From contig CAJFCJ010000009.1 in the NCBI GenBank assembly GCA_904063045.1, forward strand, positions 2,622,631 to 2,686,630: 64,000 bases of DNA. Direction: 5' to 3'. The first letter of the stretch is position 1. Every line of letters begins with the position of its first letter. A program made the translations under genes and the position numbers. The notes below the pieces were generated by a model. That model searched no databases. It worked only from the letters and a program-made list of their open reading frames with translations, and was not told where the DNA came from. Shown here one piece after another: positions 24,001 through 37,302 of this stretch. The DNA comes from Dimorphilus gyrociliatus (Eukaryota; Animalia; Annelida).

Positions 24001-25587
24001 ACCAAACCAGGACAGTGGGATGGGAAAAGAGTGAAAAGTTCTTTTTTTACGAAAATCATAGTTTGTTTACTCTGCGAGTAGCGTCTATAATTTCGAAATA
24101 TAATAGGCCTATAGATATTCTATATTCCAAGTCGTTCTCCCCTAGCTTAATGTGAGTAAATATACCATAAAACTGCTTTCGTGAGAGAAACGAATTTATT
24201 ATCAATTTGGTAGCGGCAAAGATAGGTCATAATCATTGTTATTTACACCATTTATAATTCATTTTTAATAAATATATAGTATACTGAATATATCTAGGCG
24301 TCAATGTTGACATACATAGATATCATAGTCGCTTAGACGCCTATTTATAGCCTATTGTATATAGTATACCTACAAACAATTTGTAAATAGTATTAGACTA
24401 ATATGTATTGTATATAGGAAAAGGATAAATAAAGGAAAAATTTCGTGCATATGCAAATTGTATAAATATTAATGGGTTCATATCTAATTCTTATCAATTA
24501 TTAAGAAAACAAATAAGTTGAGAAGAGGAATAGATACCGTTGATCGACTAGAGAGAACAGAAAAAAGGGAGGAAGAGGGAGGGACGAAGGGAGGGATTTT
24601 TTGAAGTCCGATAGACGGCAACATATTATTTCACGGTTGGCAAATCCTAATGGACTTTTGCCGCTTGTTGTCTTAATTGAAAATCTTCAATTTATATACA
24701 CATAGCAACTGCTATTTATAGATATCAAAAAGTTGGAAGCTAGAACAAGCAAAAGGGTAGCCTTGGATGTCTGCAGCCTGGAGTAGGGGTGATATTTGCT
24801 ATTGCGTCGTAAAATGCAGCAATTTACCGAGTAAATGATACTCTAGTGAGAAGAAAAGGAAAACGGCAAAGGAAAGAAAAGAGATAGGATTTTTTTCCCC
24901 TTTCTTACTCCTTTTTATGCAATGCATCGATTCGGTCGCTACGAATTAAACGACTAGTCGCTTAATTGTTTTAGCCAAAGGGGGGTATAGAAATAGTAAA
25001 GGGTATATAGTAGCCATTTGAAAGGGCGTTAAAGATTCTTTCATCTTGTACCAAAATTAAGCTGCTATTTATAATCTACATTATTCATTCTTTACTTTTA
25101 CATTAAACAATCGGTTTTTAGAAATCTTTCGAGCTTTGGAGGTCAGCCTGTAAGACTAGTTTTTTAAAGAATTGGGTTAGTAGGCAGCACAATTATACGA
25201 CTAATACTGGAACTTTAGCGTGATGTATGGAAATAAACGGTATAGCCTAATCAAAATGCAGGGCGAAAATCGCTTGTGAAGTGGCGCGAATTAGTCTGCG
25301 CTGACCAACGCGGACTTAGTTCATGAATACGAAAAGAGTACAGTTGTTTGTCCATAAATCGATAGGAAACCCCCTCCCCACTTCTCCCTACTTTTCTTAG
25401 TTTTTCCATCCTTATGTCACCTATTTGTCCATTTACCTATACAATTAATCAGAATCAAAGACTCTCCTCTAATTAGGATCTACAGATTTACATCAAGGAA
25501 ACAAACTGTTACGATAAAAGAGAAAAAAAAGTGTTAACCATCTCTCATTTATCTCAATCATTATCTTTTACAACTTGATTTCTTTCT

Positions 25588-25638
<51 letters not shown>

Positions 25639-26810
25639 CTACTACACTGTTATCATTCTCGCCTTTTTCCCTAGCTATTTTATTTCTTATTAATGGACTG
25701 GGATGGAATAGAAATTCAATAAAATCATAAAATTTACAAAGGAAATTGTTTAATACGTATTAGACAACTCTATTTAGTACGGGGGAAAGAAATTACATTT
25801 ATTACATCTATATCATATATTTATGAGGTAGGTCTATTCTTTAGGCCTAGTACCCATATACGTATTATTTTAATTGTATAAACCCATAGCTCCCGCTCAT
25901 GCCTTCCTCTCTTTCTCTCTCTCTCTCTCTCTTTCCCTCTGTTTTCCTTCTAAATTCCTATACATACAGATAGAGCAAACTGCTGTTATTTTTTCCCCGA
26001 GTTGTAAAAGATATTAAGCAAAGGGAAAAAGTTGATTGAACTGATTATTTTCCTATGAACAGAAGAATAACTTCGATAAAAAGTTCCAAGTTTGCGGGGG
26101 GTAACGCTTAATTATAAATCGTAGTGTGGTTTGTGGTATTTAAACAGGCTTTTCTTTAATTTAAAGACTTTACTTTTACTTTATAAAAAAAAAACTATTA
26201 GTCTAAATTCTCTTTCTTTCGCTTCGAAAAAACATTCACAAGTCTTCTGCTTCTATATGTTATTTTTAGGTAAGAGACGCCCTTTTGCATGCCTCTTTCC
26301 AAACTAAGAGAAGTGCGGAATTAGGCGTCAACCTCGTACAAGATAATAACACGCTGATCACGTGATTTCCTATATCCTTTAAGTCACGTAATTTTTAAAT
26401 TATTTTTTTTTGTGTATCTTTAACGGAAACTGACAAAAGAAAGTAATCGTCTTTTTTCTCCTTAATTACACAATAAAACCCTTTAATAACGTATTAAGTT
26501 TCTTATTCATCCATTGTTCTTTATTTGTAACGCACGAAGCGTAACTCTGCCCTCGTTCCTCATTTTTCCTCATTTTCATTTTAACTATCTTCCAATACCG
26601 AGTTACCGAGATTGTTAAGCTAACAAACCGGCTTATAAGTCGTTTGTCAACGTCGACAACGGTGTAAAAAAATAATACTTTTATGTGACCTATTATTGGT
26701 GTATATCAATACGTCGACGCTTCTAGTTAGTTTTTAATAAATTAATTTTCAATGTTTACGGCAAAGTTAATTAATATTGATAAATTAAAAAAGAGAAGAG
26801 TATAGGGAAA

Positions 26811-26843
<33 letters not shown>

Positions 26844-27576
26844 AAAAGAATGAGATAGTACAGGATAAACCAAGTTAAACGATGAAATAGTTAAATAGGA
26901 GAATAAACGCAATGAGAGTTTGTTTACATAAAGATAGAATTTGATAATGGCGTTACTTTATTAGTTCGAATTAGACGTATATAAAAAAAAAGAGGTAAAA
27001 CCAAAAGTGTATAAATAACATATATCTGTTTAATACTATTAGCTAATATGTCAAAGTATGAAGTAAAGGTTTACTTGGCTATGAAAAATTCGGAAATAAC
27101 CATATTTACCTAAAGGGAAAGAAACGGAATAAGTTAATATCACAAGCAGATGCGTAATATCATTCGATAGTAATGCATATATAAGTTTTTCATAGAACAC
27201 ACTCTTCATCTTTGAGTACTTGTCGCAATTATGAAATATGTTTTCAAGTCTATTTATATACAGTATATACAGTATAATCTACTAGCTGAATAGCTTTATA
27301 TTTGTACCAGAAACCTCTTTAATTGATCAATAATGATATTAACTATTTATAAACTCCTACTCTCTAATTCTCCTTTACCGTTTTGTTTGTTAATTATTTA
27401 CAAACCTCGCTTGGATTGTGATGAGATCTCTTTGACAAACTTCTCACTTTCGGTAAACTTTTGTGGAGTAGACGCATTTTCATAAATTCACAATGGTAAC
27501 AAGGAGCGTGTAGATCGGCTCCGATCTCCATCTCCATGAGGAAGAGACCCAACAGCGAAAACTTGATAAATTCCAT
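21093..27576 (-). CDS. CCN: CCN-family matricellular protein (IGFBP-VWC-TSP1-cystine knot), 3 exons
   Basis: Exon 1 (27576-27406) encodes signal MEFIKFSLLGLFLMEMEIGA plus an extension, with a phase-0 donor. Exon 2 (23308-23095) is the IGFBP domain with GCGCCQVC. Exon 3 (21784-21093) carries the VWC domain, TSP1 (WSPCTKSCGMGIS) and the CT domain. Exons 2-3 are certain; exon 1 is inferred from its signal peptide, TATA box and phase compatibility. Confidence 0.88.
25597..25638. repeat. Compound (CT)n(GT)n microsatellite in CCN intron 1
   Basis: About 16 CT units followed by about 5 GT units. Confidence 0.92.
26819..26842. repeat. (AG)12 microsatellite
   Basis: Read directly from the sequence. 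Confidence 0.92.
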
Positions 27577-27684
27577 AAAGAAAAGGGGATCTTGATAACT
27601 CGATGTGAGAAAGAAAAAAGCAAGAGATAGAAAACGCTTCTGGCCACGCTCAAACAAACAATACTAGACTCGTACAATTCGTTT

Positions 27685-27705
27685 GACGCCAGGCGTCTCT
27701 TTATA
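27685..27705 (-). promoter_or_regulatory. CCN TATA box with an adjacent GACGCC-A-GGCGTC palindrome
   Basis: TATAAA on the minus strand at 27700-27705, about 125 nt upstream of the ATG at 27576. The interrupted palindrome is at 27685-27697. Confidence 0.5.
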
Positions 27706-29192
27706 GCTAGTTCTCTTATAGACACTATTTCATATATATATATAGTATATATGCTTATTCTTTCATACTTCCATACTTTTTCAATATTTTTTACAATGAT
27801 TCTTTATTTGATTCCATGAAGATTCGATAAGGTTTCCTGCTTCTCGTCCAGCTATAGCAATTAAAGCACAGTCATTGAAGAATAAATTCATACAGTTTGT
27901 CTCTTCTCAAATCTCACTTGTAACGTTTCTCCAATGAATATTTAGTGTTATTTTTCTTGGTATTTTCAATAAGAATAAGAATTTCTATACAGGATTCGAG
28001 AAGAAAAGCATCAACTGCTAATAAAGAATCGAAAGGTAATTTGAAGAGGTTTATGTCTTAAAGAAGGATAAAGCAGAAGGAAATAATACTAAGCCCACAT
28101 AGCCTTTGATCGTCGAGGTAACCGAGAAAAGTGAAAAAGTCAATGAGATAATCAGGCCTAATCCGCCTTAGGCGGGAGAATATGTAACATGTACATGTTA
28201 CATACGTAACACTTGCACAGTAGAGATATGTAATAGTTTAGCTATTTCTACATATAAAACAAAATTTCAGGTTATAAATATCACTAGAACGTAATTTATT
28301 CGAATTTCTTTTGGCCTAGCCCTTTATTTTGATGAAAGCGAGATATTTAGATGAAAAATACATAAAATACGGACATAGTTCTGTCTAAAATCTCTCCTTT
28401 ACTCTATCTTATTCAACTTGCCAAGCTTTTGGTTCCTTTTCTATTAATTAGCCTAAAAGATAACCTTTTATCGTTTTTGTACTACGATCAATGTTTGAAT
28501 AACGAATCAACGCTATTAATTTATAAAATACACCTGAAAAATATGGTCGTAAACGCATAGATCTATCGTTCTTTAATTTATCTTTGTTCTCTCCTAATCA
28601 AACATTCCCCTATGAAAAAAAACTATGGTAAATTATCTTTGTAATGCCGTGTCCTTGCAATCGTCTTTTTTGTGCTTTTCAATATGAAATATATTCCTAA
28701 GAGAATAACAAGTCAAATACAACCAAAAAAAAACCATTTCCAATGAAATAGCATCATTTGAATAAATATGACAAACATATTCTATTCTTTCAATAGATGG
28801 CGTTATAAAAAAAATTTCTTTTAATACATACATTCAATTAATTAATAATAAATTTTTCATAATTCAAACTCTCTAAATCAGAGTGACAAACTGACAAACT
28901 GACAAAACAAAAAAAAATCCCCCAAATCGTCTTAATGAAACACTGAGGAATTTTCATACAGTTGATGTTTTATATAGAGATTTCATTTTACGAATGTAAA
29001 GGAAAAGATGTAAAGTATAGATGTTTGTCAATTGCAAACTACTTAAAATATTTCATTTGGGTTATTTTCCATATTTATATTCTGTATTTGATTTAAAGAA
29101 CAACTGGAAGGATTAAAGATTTGTAAAAATAATTGGAAGACATTGAAATTATAGCACGAAATGTATGAAATATAATGTCGGTTTTTTATGTT

Positions 29193-32100
29193 CTAATTAT
29201 CTTCTGCGGGAAGAGATTTACTTCTTGATTTTCTTCTATCCTTCAGCTTCTTTAGGCGTTCGTTATCGTCCAGTTTTACCGGTGGTGCTTTAACTTCCCT
29301 TTGTATCGATTCCTATATAAAAGTAAAATATTATTATAATTCTTACTTTACTTTAAACGATTAATGTTTACCTCAGTTGATAGAGCTATCCTATATCTTT
29401 CGTCTAGTTGTTTCGATAAACGTTCCATTTCTTCGGCGTTTTGAGGTATATTGGGTTTTTTGGATGATACCGGCGTTACTTCTCTAACAACAGACTTTTC
29501 GGTTCTGGCTCTTTCTAGTTGATCTCTCGTCTGTTTTCTCTGCCTTTCTCTCTCCTCTTGAAGATTTCTTTCCAATTGTATACGTTGCTCTTCACCACGA
29601 AGCAAAACTTCTTGTACTTCGCTCTGAGACTTTCTCCTCTGGCCCCTAAGACGTTTTTTAAACTGTTCTTCTTGTCGAGTCTTTTCCCTTTCGAGAGCTT
29701 CGGCTTTAGACGCAACGTCTCTTTTGAGACGAGCGAATTCTTTTTCAGCCAAGCTATCGGAGAATTTCGTAGGTATAACAGTCTTTTCTCTTTGAAGGCC
29801 AGGAATTTGGACTTCGGCTGAAGTGGACCTCTTTGATTTTATCGAACTAGAATCGATTAAACCATGATCTTCAATAGATTGTTTTCTTGATCGTTTCCTT
29901 TCGGCTAGCCTCTTTCGCATAAGTTCGGTTTGTCTACTCCTCTCTTCCGAAATTTTCTGCTTAATTTTTTGTTCGTCCTCTTTCGACGCCTCTAAAACGG
30001 AAGCAACAGCTTCTTCCTGTCTCACTGTAAAAAATAAAGAAAATTAGTAATACTCAATGATTCTTTCGTAAGATGGCAAAGTTTAACAGATAAACGATTA
30101 TATTACGTCTTAATTCCCTTTCAGATCTTCTAGCATCTAATTTGCTCAATGCTATTTTCTTCTGACGATCAATACTCCTAAGCAAAGCCGATTTCCTTCT
30201 TTCATAGTCTTCTTTTAATCTAAATTAACGTATAGAATTTAAAGAAAAAATGTTACATGTCCTAAAGGCATAAAGGTAGAGAAAAGAAAACAAAACGTTA
30301 CTTTGCCAATTCGGCATCAATATCAACTCCTTCACTCATATTCTTTCTTATTTTAGACTCTTTATCATCGAATTCTTGTTTCAAATCTTTTTCTGCAGCC
30401 TCTACTTGTGTCTGTGAAAGTCCAGCTTCAACTTTTTCTTCCTCTCTAACTTTAAATAATAGAGAAGTTAGATTATCAAAGTATCCTTTTAAATTAGTAT
30501 TCTTCTGATGTTTTAAAAGTCTTATCACTTCATCGCCATGCATCTTTCCCATCTTATCACTAATTGCCATAATTTCCGCTTTTTGCAATTGTTGCAAGTC
30601 GGCTAAGAGGCTAATGGCAATTTGCTGTTGTATTTTTTCTGTATCCTCGTTTGGATTAACTAAATTATCCAGTTCAGCTTTTAAAAGACAAATATAGGAT
30701 AAGTCTACACTCTCTTTCGTATTTAATGAATTTAAAAAAACAGGCCTAATAAAACGTCAGTTCTTACACGATTAGTTATAAAGAATTTAGCGTAGTACCT
30801 CTAGATTTCAGTAAAGCAGCCTTCTTTAGTATCGAAAATTGCTTAGTTCTTTCATCTGCAACCTTTCTCAAGTGGACCTCCTTTTCTAATTCGGATAAAT
30901 TGTCTGTGGACAGTTGTTCCATTTCTTGCCTCCAATTGGCTCTTTCTCCCTGCATATTCTCTAAATCAGACTTTATACTCTGAAAGTTGTAATTATAACG
31001 GAAGTAAAGATTAAAAAATAGGTATCATATGAAGGCAAAAGCTAATTAACCGGAGTGGTCATAGACATTAGTTGAGCTATAAGGTCTTTTTCTGAGGCTC
31101 CTGAGGCTAAAAGCCTTCCCAGTAACTTTCGCTCATTTGCATGGCATCTCTCTAACCTTTCCATAAATATATGATGCAAAGGTCCTATTCCTCTACTCTT
31201 AAGATCGTATAAAGCCCGTGAATCCTCTTCTTCTATCTTTTTGTCCTCTTCCAAGAGTTCATTATAAATTTCATCCTTAGTCTTATTTCTATACTTTAAT
31301 CTCATAGCAGCTAATCTTTTAGTCGCCAATTCTCTTTGTCTTTCTCTCTCTGCTGTTATGGATTGTTCTGCCCTATTCCCTTCAGTTAATAATTCAGAAA
31401 CAGCAGCTTTTAAATCGTTTTCTCTTTGTAAGCGTCTCTTCTCAGCTTTTTGTCTTGCCAATAACATTTGTTTTTCCTTTTCTGTCAATGCTCTAACAGT
31501 TTGAGATTTAAGTAGAGCAAGAAGAGCAGCTTGCTCTTCTTCAAAATGCATTTGAAGATCTTCGAGAACATTCTAAGAAAAGTCAAATAAAATACAATGA
31601 TTAAAACAATGTATAAAAAAGTGTTTTTTTTTACCCGACGTCGCTTTGACTTCTCTTCAATTTCTTCTTCGTCCAATAAAGCATCTATAAGAGCTGGATT
31701 TGTACTAAGTCCCTCTTGTTTTCTTTGATTTATTAATTGTTTACTCCTATTAGCCCTATTTTCAATCCTTTCCTTTGATTCTTTCCAAGTGTCTCCAACT
31801 TCAATATCCATGTTACCTATTAATTCTTCAGCTTCATTTAACCTCTTTTCTTTTCTTAATTGCTATTCATTTCAATTTTAAATATCACTGTTTCCTTTAT
31901 TAGTTGAGAAAAAAATCCTACCTTTTCCTTTAATTTAACTTCTATTAATAGATTTAGACGCTCTTCGTCACTTAACTTGTTCCAGGCCTCTTCGCCTCCT
32001 ACTTTTTCTGTTAATGCACCTACTAAAATCTTATTTCTCATACTCTCATATTTCATATCTAAAACTTTCATCATTTCATCTTCAACTTTCTAAAATTATC

Positions 32101-35100
32101 AGAAAAAGCGTCTCCTTATTATTTGAATTAATGGAATTATTTAAATTGTAATAATTACTTCCGGCATGATTAACAGTAGAGACGCTATTGGCTCCTTACT
32201 TTTAAAATTATTATTTTGAGCGTCTAGTAACTTCTGTAAAGTGTCTTTCTCCTGATAAACGAAAAAGGATATCAGTAAGTATACTCGAATTATTCAAGAT
32301 CATTTACAATATTGCTTTGATTGTGCAGGAGATTTCTACATTCTTCGTCTTGTTGCTTTTGCAAATTGGCAACAAGAATAACTTTTGCTTCTTCCTGATT
32401 CTTAGAAACACCCAAGTAGGCCGCAGCAGCTTTCTAAGAAACAACCAATAAACTTTATCTAATTGAAAAGATAAGGAAAAGAACCAAAGAGAAACTAACT
32501 ACCAACCTCAAGAACAATATCTGGATTACCTTCTTCTTTTGATATAATTTCATCCCAGGTGTGTGTAAGTATATCAACTAAATTACGAAACTCCTTCTCT
32601 TTTATAGGATTAATACCTCTGTTCGTGACATTTTCAAGAAGATCTATCAGGAAATTTCGCTCCTTTTCATGCTTCGTTTCTAGTCCACGTATTAAAGCGT
32701 CATGGGAATCAGGAGTTATTTCTTCCAGTTCTTGTCCTTGAATTTTCCTCTTTCTCCTTGCCTCTAATCGGGCTTTAGCAATTTCCATCTGCCTTTTCTT
32801 TTCCTTATCTAAGTTCTTTGTAAGAGACTCAGATTGCGTGAGGAGACGAGATGCTGTAAAGTACATGTCATTTCTTCTAGCCAGCCTTTCTTCGTGCCGT
32901 AATCTAGCAAGTTCCAATTGAAGTTTTCTGTCTGCATCTTCTTTGTCTTTCATTTTACCTAAAAGAGCCAGCAGTTCGGCTTTTTCCTAAGAAAAGTATT
33001 AAAAAAGACAGGATTAAAAACAATTCTTTATACAAATGATCTGTGGCTGACCTTCTCATAATCATTTTTAAGATCTTCAAGGACATTCTTTCTTTTCTTG
33101 CTTCTTTCGTCATTTCCAGATGTTCCTTTTTGAATTAATTCATTAACTTTTGAGTCATTTGCTTTAAGTTCCAGAAGTATCTTATTTTTTTCCTCCTTTG
33201 ATAAACTATCAAACTTAGAATCGTTTTCCGAAAGAATATCTAAAAGAACAGTATCTCTCAAAGCGTCATATTTGTCCTTCAGGGCATCTACGACAGTCTC
33301 ATTATTCGATTCTTGGGGCGATGAACTTTCAGCTGAGCAAATGATCTGTTCCAGATTAGGTACATTATCGTTTTGGATACAAAAGCTATATTTTAATTGC
33401 TCTTGCATAGCGTCTTTATCATTATCTAAAGCTAAAGTATCCATGAGAACGTTCATTTCCTGGTTTTGTTTCTGCTCTAAATCGAGAAGTAATGATGCTA
33501 GGATATCCTGTAAGGAACTTTCCTGATTAGATCTTCGTAAAGAAGCCATTCTGTTAGCCCTTTTTAAAAATGCTGCCCTATTTAAAAGATCTAATCGAGA
33601 CTGTGTACTCTCCGGAGGCAAATTCCTCAAGTTTTTATATAATTCATCCAATTGATTAGTCCTTTGTTCGCTGGACATGCTTTCTGCCATTCGATCATTT
33701 TCATCCCTACTAACCATCTCAACGAGTAATTGCCTCTCCTGTTCAAACATTTGATCAGCTAATTTTAGTATTGTGTCTTTCATAGTCCTTCTATCATTAT
33801 CTATTTCAGGGCATGGGATTTTCCCGACTTTCTTAGCCTTGAGAGCCGCCAATCTTTTAAGTGCAAGTTCTTTTTGTCTTTCTCTTTCGCTTTGCTGCCT
33901 ATGAAAATGAGTTTATTTAATAAAATTCTATTTCTAAATCTCATCTAAGAGAGAGAGAGAGAGTCTTACTTTTTCATTAAAGAATTTTCATAATCAGAAG
34001 TTGTAGAGAGCAACAGTAGAGCATCGTCTAAGCGCTCTTGAGACTTAATCTGACGTTGTTGGCGTTTTAATCTCATAAGGAGTGCTTGACGTTCCCTTTC
34101 TGACATGTACTTTCGATTGAATCCTTGTTAAAGAAAGAAACAATTATTACAATGAATGGTAAAGAAAACTTATGATCAACCACCTCTTAACCTATCTAAT
34201 AGAAGACGTCTCTCTTCTTCGAAATCTTTCTTCAGCTTATCTCGAACATCTTGAGGACAGCCGTCATCCAAAAGGGCTTCCAGAGCTGCTTGCCTATCAT
34301 CCAAAGCCTGAAGAATAGAATCATCGGAGAGTTCTCCAACATATTTTGTTAAAACGTCGAGTATATTGTGAACATTTTGATCATTCCTGCTATCAATTTC
34401 TCTTCCTCTTTTATACATCAAATCATTCTGATCTTGGTTTGCTAATGTTCTCATTGCACTGCTTAACTCTTTATATTGAGCAGCCTGTACGTCAGCCACA
34501 ATACCATAAGCTATTTCCTCATGTGAACTTTGCACGTGGTCCTCTTCATCTAATTTGCAAGCTATTCTTATGGCAGCTGCCTCTTCTATTAGTTCCATAC
34601 GCTGGTCAAGATCATCATTTACAACGTTTCTCTTAAAGCTTAATTCGCTTAGACGCTTTGTTCGTTCAATATCCCCCATTTTCAATGCTGCGTCAACCAA
34701 AGAATCCATAGACGGATCCTGTAAGACATAGAGAATAACCTCTATTTCTTCTCTATGTTTTTTACTCATCTCGATTAGAAATGCTCTCCGCCAAGAGTTA
34801 AGATCGTTATCAATATTTCCACCTTCATCCTTTTCCCTAGACCATATTTGACCCTGTTCGAGACGTTTCTGTCGAAGTTTATACCTCAATTTTGCCAGAA
34901 GTAATTGTCTCGCATCATCTTCGGGATCGGAATCACAGAAGACACGTTCAACTAGTCCTACACTTAGAGCTGATACACCAGTATCACTTTCTTTTATAGC
35001 TCGCCAAGCCTCGTGCCTAATAGCAACGAGAAGAACGTCATTCAGACCATTCTTTCGTAAAGTATTCAGAACTGCTTCCTTCTCAATTCTCATTCGAACT

Positions 35101-37302
35101 GTTAAGTCATAAAGGATATTTGAGGAATCAAGTAAAGCTCCTTCCCTAACAGGCCCCATGTAGAAATTTAAATCGGATAATTTTGAACCAAGTTTACCCA
35201 TGAGCGGGGAAAATCCATCGGGTTCTCCCCTTTCCCGAGCGACGGCTTCTTCCTTGGCTCGTTTTAATCTCAAATTTTTTTTTTCGTCTTGAGATAATCT
35301 GCCCCAATCGGGTCCGTATTCATATTCGAGACTGTGTTGAATAGCAACATCTTTCAGGGCAGCATATTTGACCTCTATAGAAACAACGTATGGCTTCTCA
35401 TCTTCGCTTATGTTGCCTTGATTTAAGAGAACAGCAGCAATATTATCCATATCATGTTGCTTCAGTTTTTTCTCTTCCTCGATACTTTTTGCTGTAATTA
35501 ATTAATTAAATATTAATTTAATATTTAAATGACAAGCAAAAAAACGTACCTTTTAGTTCTTTATCATTAAGATTTCCAAGATTTCTAACAATCTTATCAA
35601 GGTCTAAATGCTGCTGCAATTGTAATTCAGTATGCAATCTTAAAATTCCAGACTCTCTTGTTAGATCCATAAGATAAAGCTTACAAGCTTCTTGGAAAAT
35701 TGCAATATGCTTCTTTTTATTCTTAATTCTTAAATCATCAGCTGATTCTCTTAAATTTTCACGCTCATTCTGTAAAATAGTCATCTTCTTTTCCCTTTCA
35801 TTGCTATCTGTTGATGGGATTTTTTCAGGAAGAGATTTGATAAGAGATAATAATTCTTCATATTCGTTCAAGTGTCGGAGGCTAATCGACTTTATTAAAC
35901 AACCAATGTAGTCGTCACCCACATGATCTGTACTTTTGCTAAAATCATCATTCATTTTGATTTTAGCTAATCTCTCCTGTCTTAGGTAATCTGCTTCAAA
36001 GAAAGATGAAACTGGTAATTGGTTCCTCTCAAGTAGACCTACACTAAGAGCGCATGTTTCCGGATGATCGAATCGCCTAAGAGAGGTTATTTGGGCTGCC
36101 AAGCGACCATGACTTTCTGTTAACAGATTCGGTGACATAGAAAGAAGTAGCTTGCGCTCCTTTTCTTGTCTCTCCTCTAGTATCACTAAAGCATCTCCAC
36201 ATTTCATTCTGGAATCTAAGGATTCTTCAAAAAGTCTTTTCAGAGTTTGCTCTATTTCAACTTCTTTTGTTCCACTCTTTTTCATGTCACGTCGCCTTAT
36301 GTTTAAGGACCGTTGATCAGCAGTGAGCTCTTCTCCAAGCTTTCCCAACAGGGCATCAAAGTTTCTCAAGAGTATGTGAGATCCTGGAATAGCATGGCTG
36401 GATGAAGCTAGTTGTTTCTTTCTTCTCAATTGTTTCTCAGTTGTAGATATTTTCCGTAGAACTGCTTTTTGCTGTGATGGAGTTGAGCCTATCCATAATC
36501 CAGAGCCCATATCACCTTCTGCCATTAAAATAATAACTCTCTCTCTTAAAATGTCATATTTCAGGTTAAGAAGGTCGAATACGACTGAAATGCCTCTCTT
36601 CAATGGTTGAGCAATATCCTCAGTTATATCATCAATACCATCATCATCAAAGAGTCCAGAAACTCCATTTTTTTCCCAATTTCCCAATTTTCGTCTAGCC
36701 AATCGATTACTCTTCTTCTCATTCCAATCTCTATCTGCCAGAAGTTCTTCGTCCGTTTTCTGAATTAACTTAGCTATCTCACTGTCGAGTGCCATTTCGA
36801 AATCCTCTGCTAATCTAGCCAATTCCTCCTCTGCAGTATCCGGTTCGTCTTCATCTTTATTAGGTCTTTCGAAAGGATGATCGCAAAGCCACATTCGCAT
36901 TTCGTCATACGATACAGGAACAGTAGTTCCCAGGTCTCCCCTACTGTCAATAAATTGATGCCAGAAATCTATAAGGAATTCGTTACCATGTGTGATCTGA
37001 AAGAGGAGTAGAGCCTCCGATACAGAAATTCTTGACGAACCAAACTTATCAAGACCAATAAAATCCCATTGGGCCTTATCTTCGACATCCTTCCTCCTCG
37101 ACAATTCTTGTAGAACCTGAGAAAATTTACTTTTAACAACCTTCCCATTAGGTCCAACTACCCATTCAATAGATTTAACAACATGCTTAAAATTCACACT
37201 GCAAATATGGGCTCTTTCAAAGAATTCTTTGACTTGTTCAGCCGTAAGGAAGCCTTTACGACTGGCGTCAAGAATATCGAACATCTCTTCTAGTGTTTTC
37301 AT
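29193..37302 (-). CDS. Uncharacterised ~2,400-aa protein: N-terminal EF-hand-like domain plus long charged coiled-coil ('trichohyalin-like'), about 15 exons
   Basis: The ATG is at 37302. EF-hand-like loops are FDILDASRKGFLT and FIGLDKFGSSRIS. All exons join in frame through GT-AG introns to the stop at 29193 (..SKSLPAEDN*). Confidence 0.85.

Noticed and set aside
25288-25322. GC-rich 12-bp hairpin in CCN intron 1
   Set aside because: Too short for a pre-miRNA, with no snoRNA boxes or tRNA features.
26641-26672. CGTTGTCGACG on the - strand, resembling miR-981
   Set aside because: The seed position mismatches, the 3' half does not match, and only a ~7-bp hairpin is possible, not a pre-miRNA.
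31840-31925. Apparent phase conflict in the giant EF-hand gene
   Set aside because: Resolved by the upstream acceptor GAATAG|CAA, which gives LKEK-QLRKEKRL in frame.
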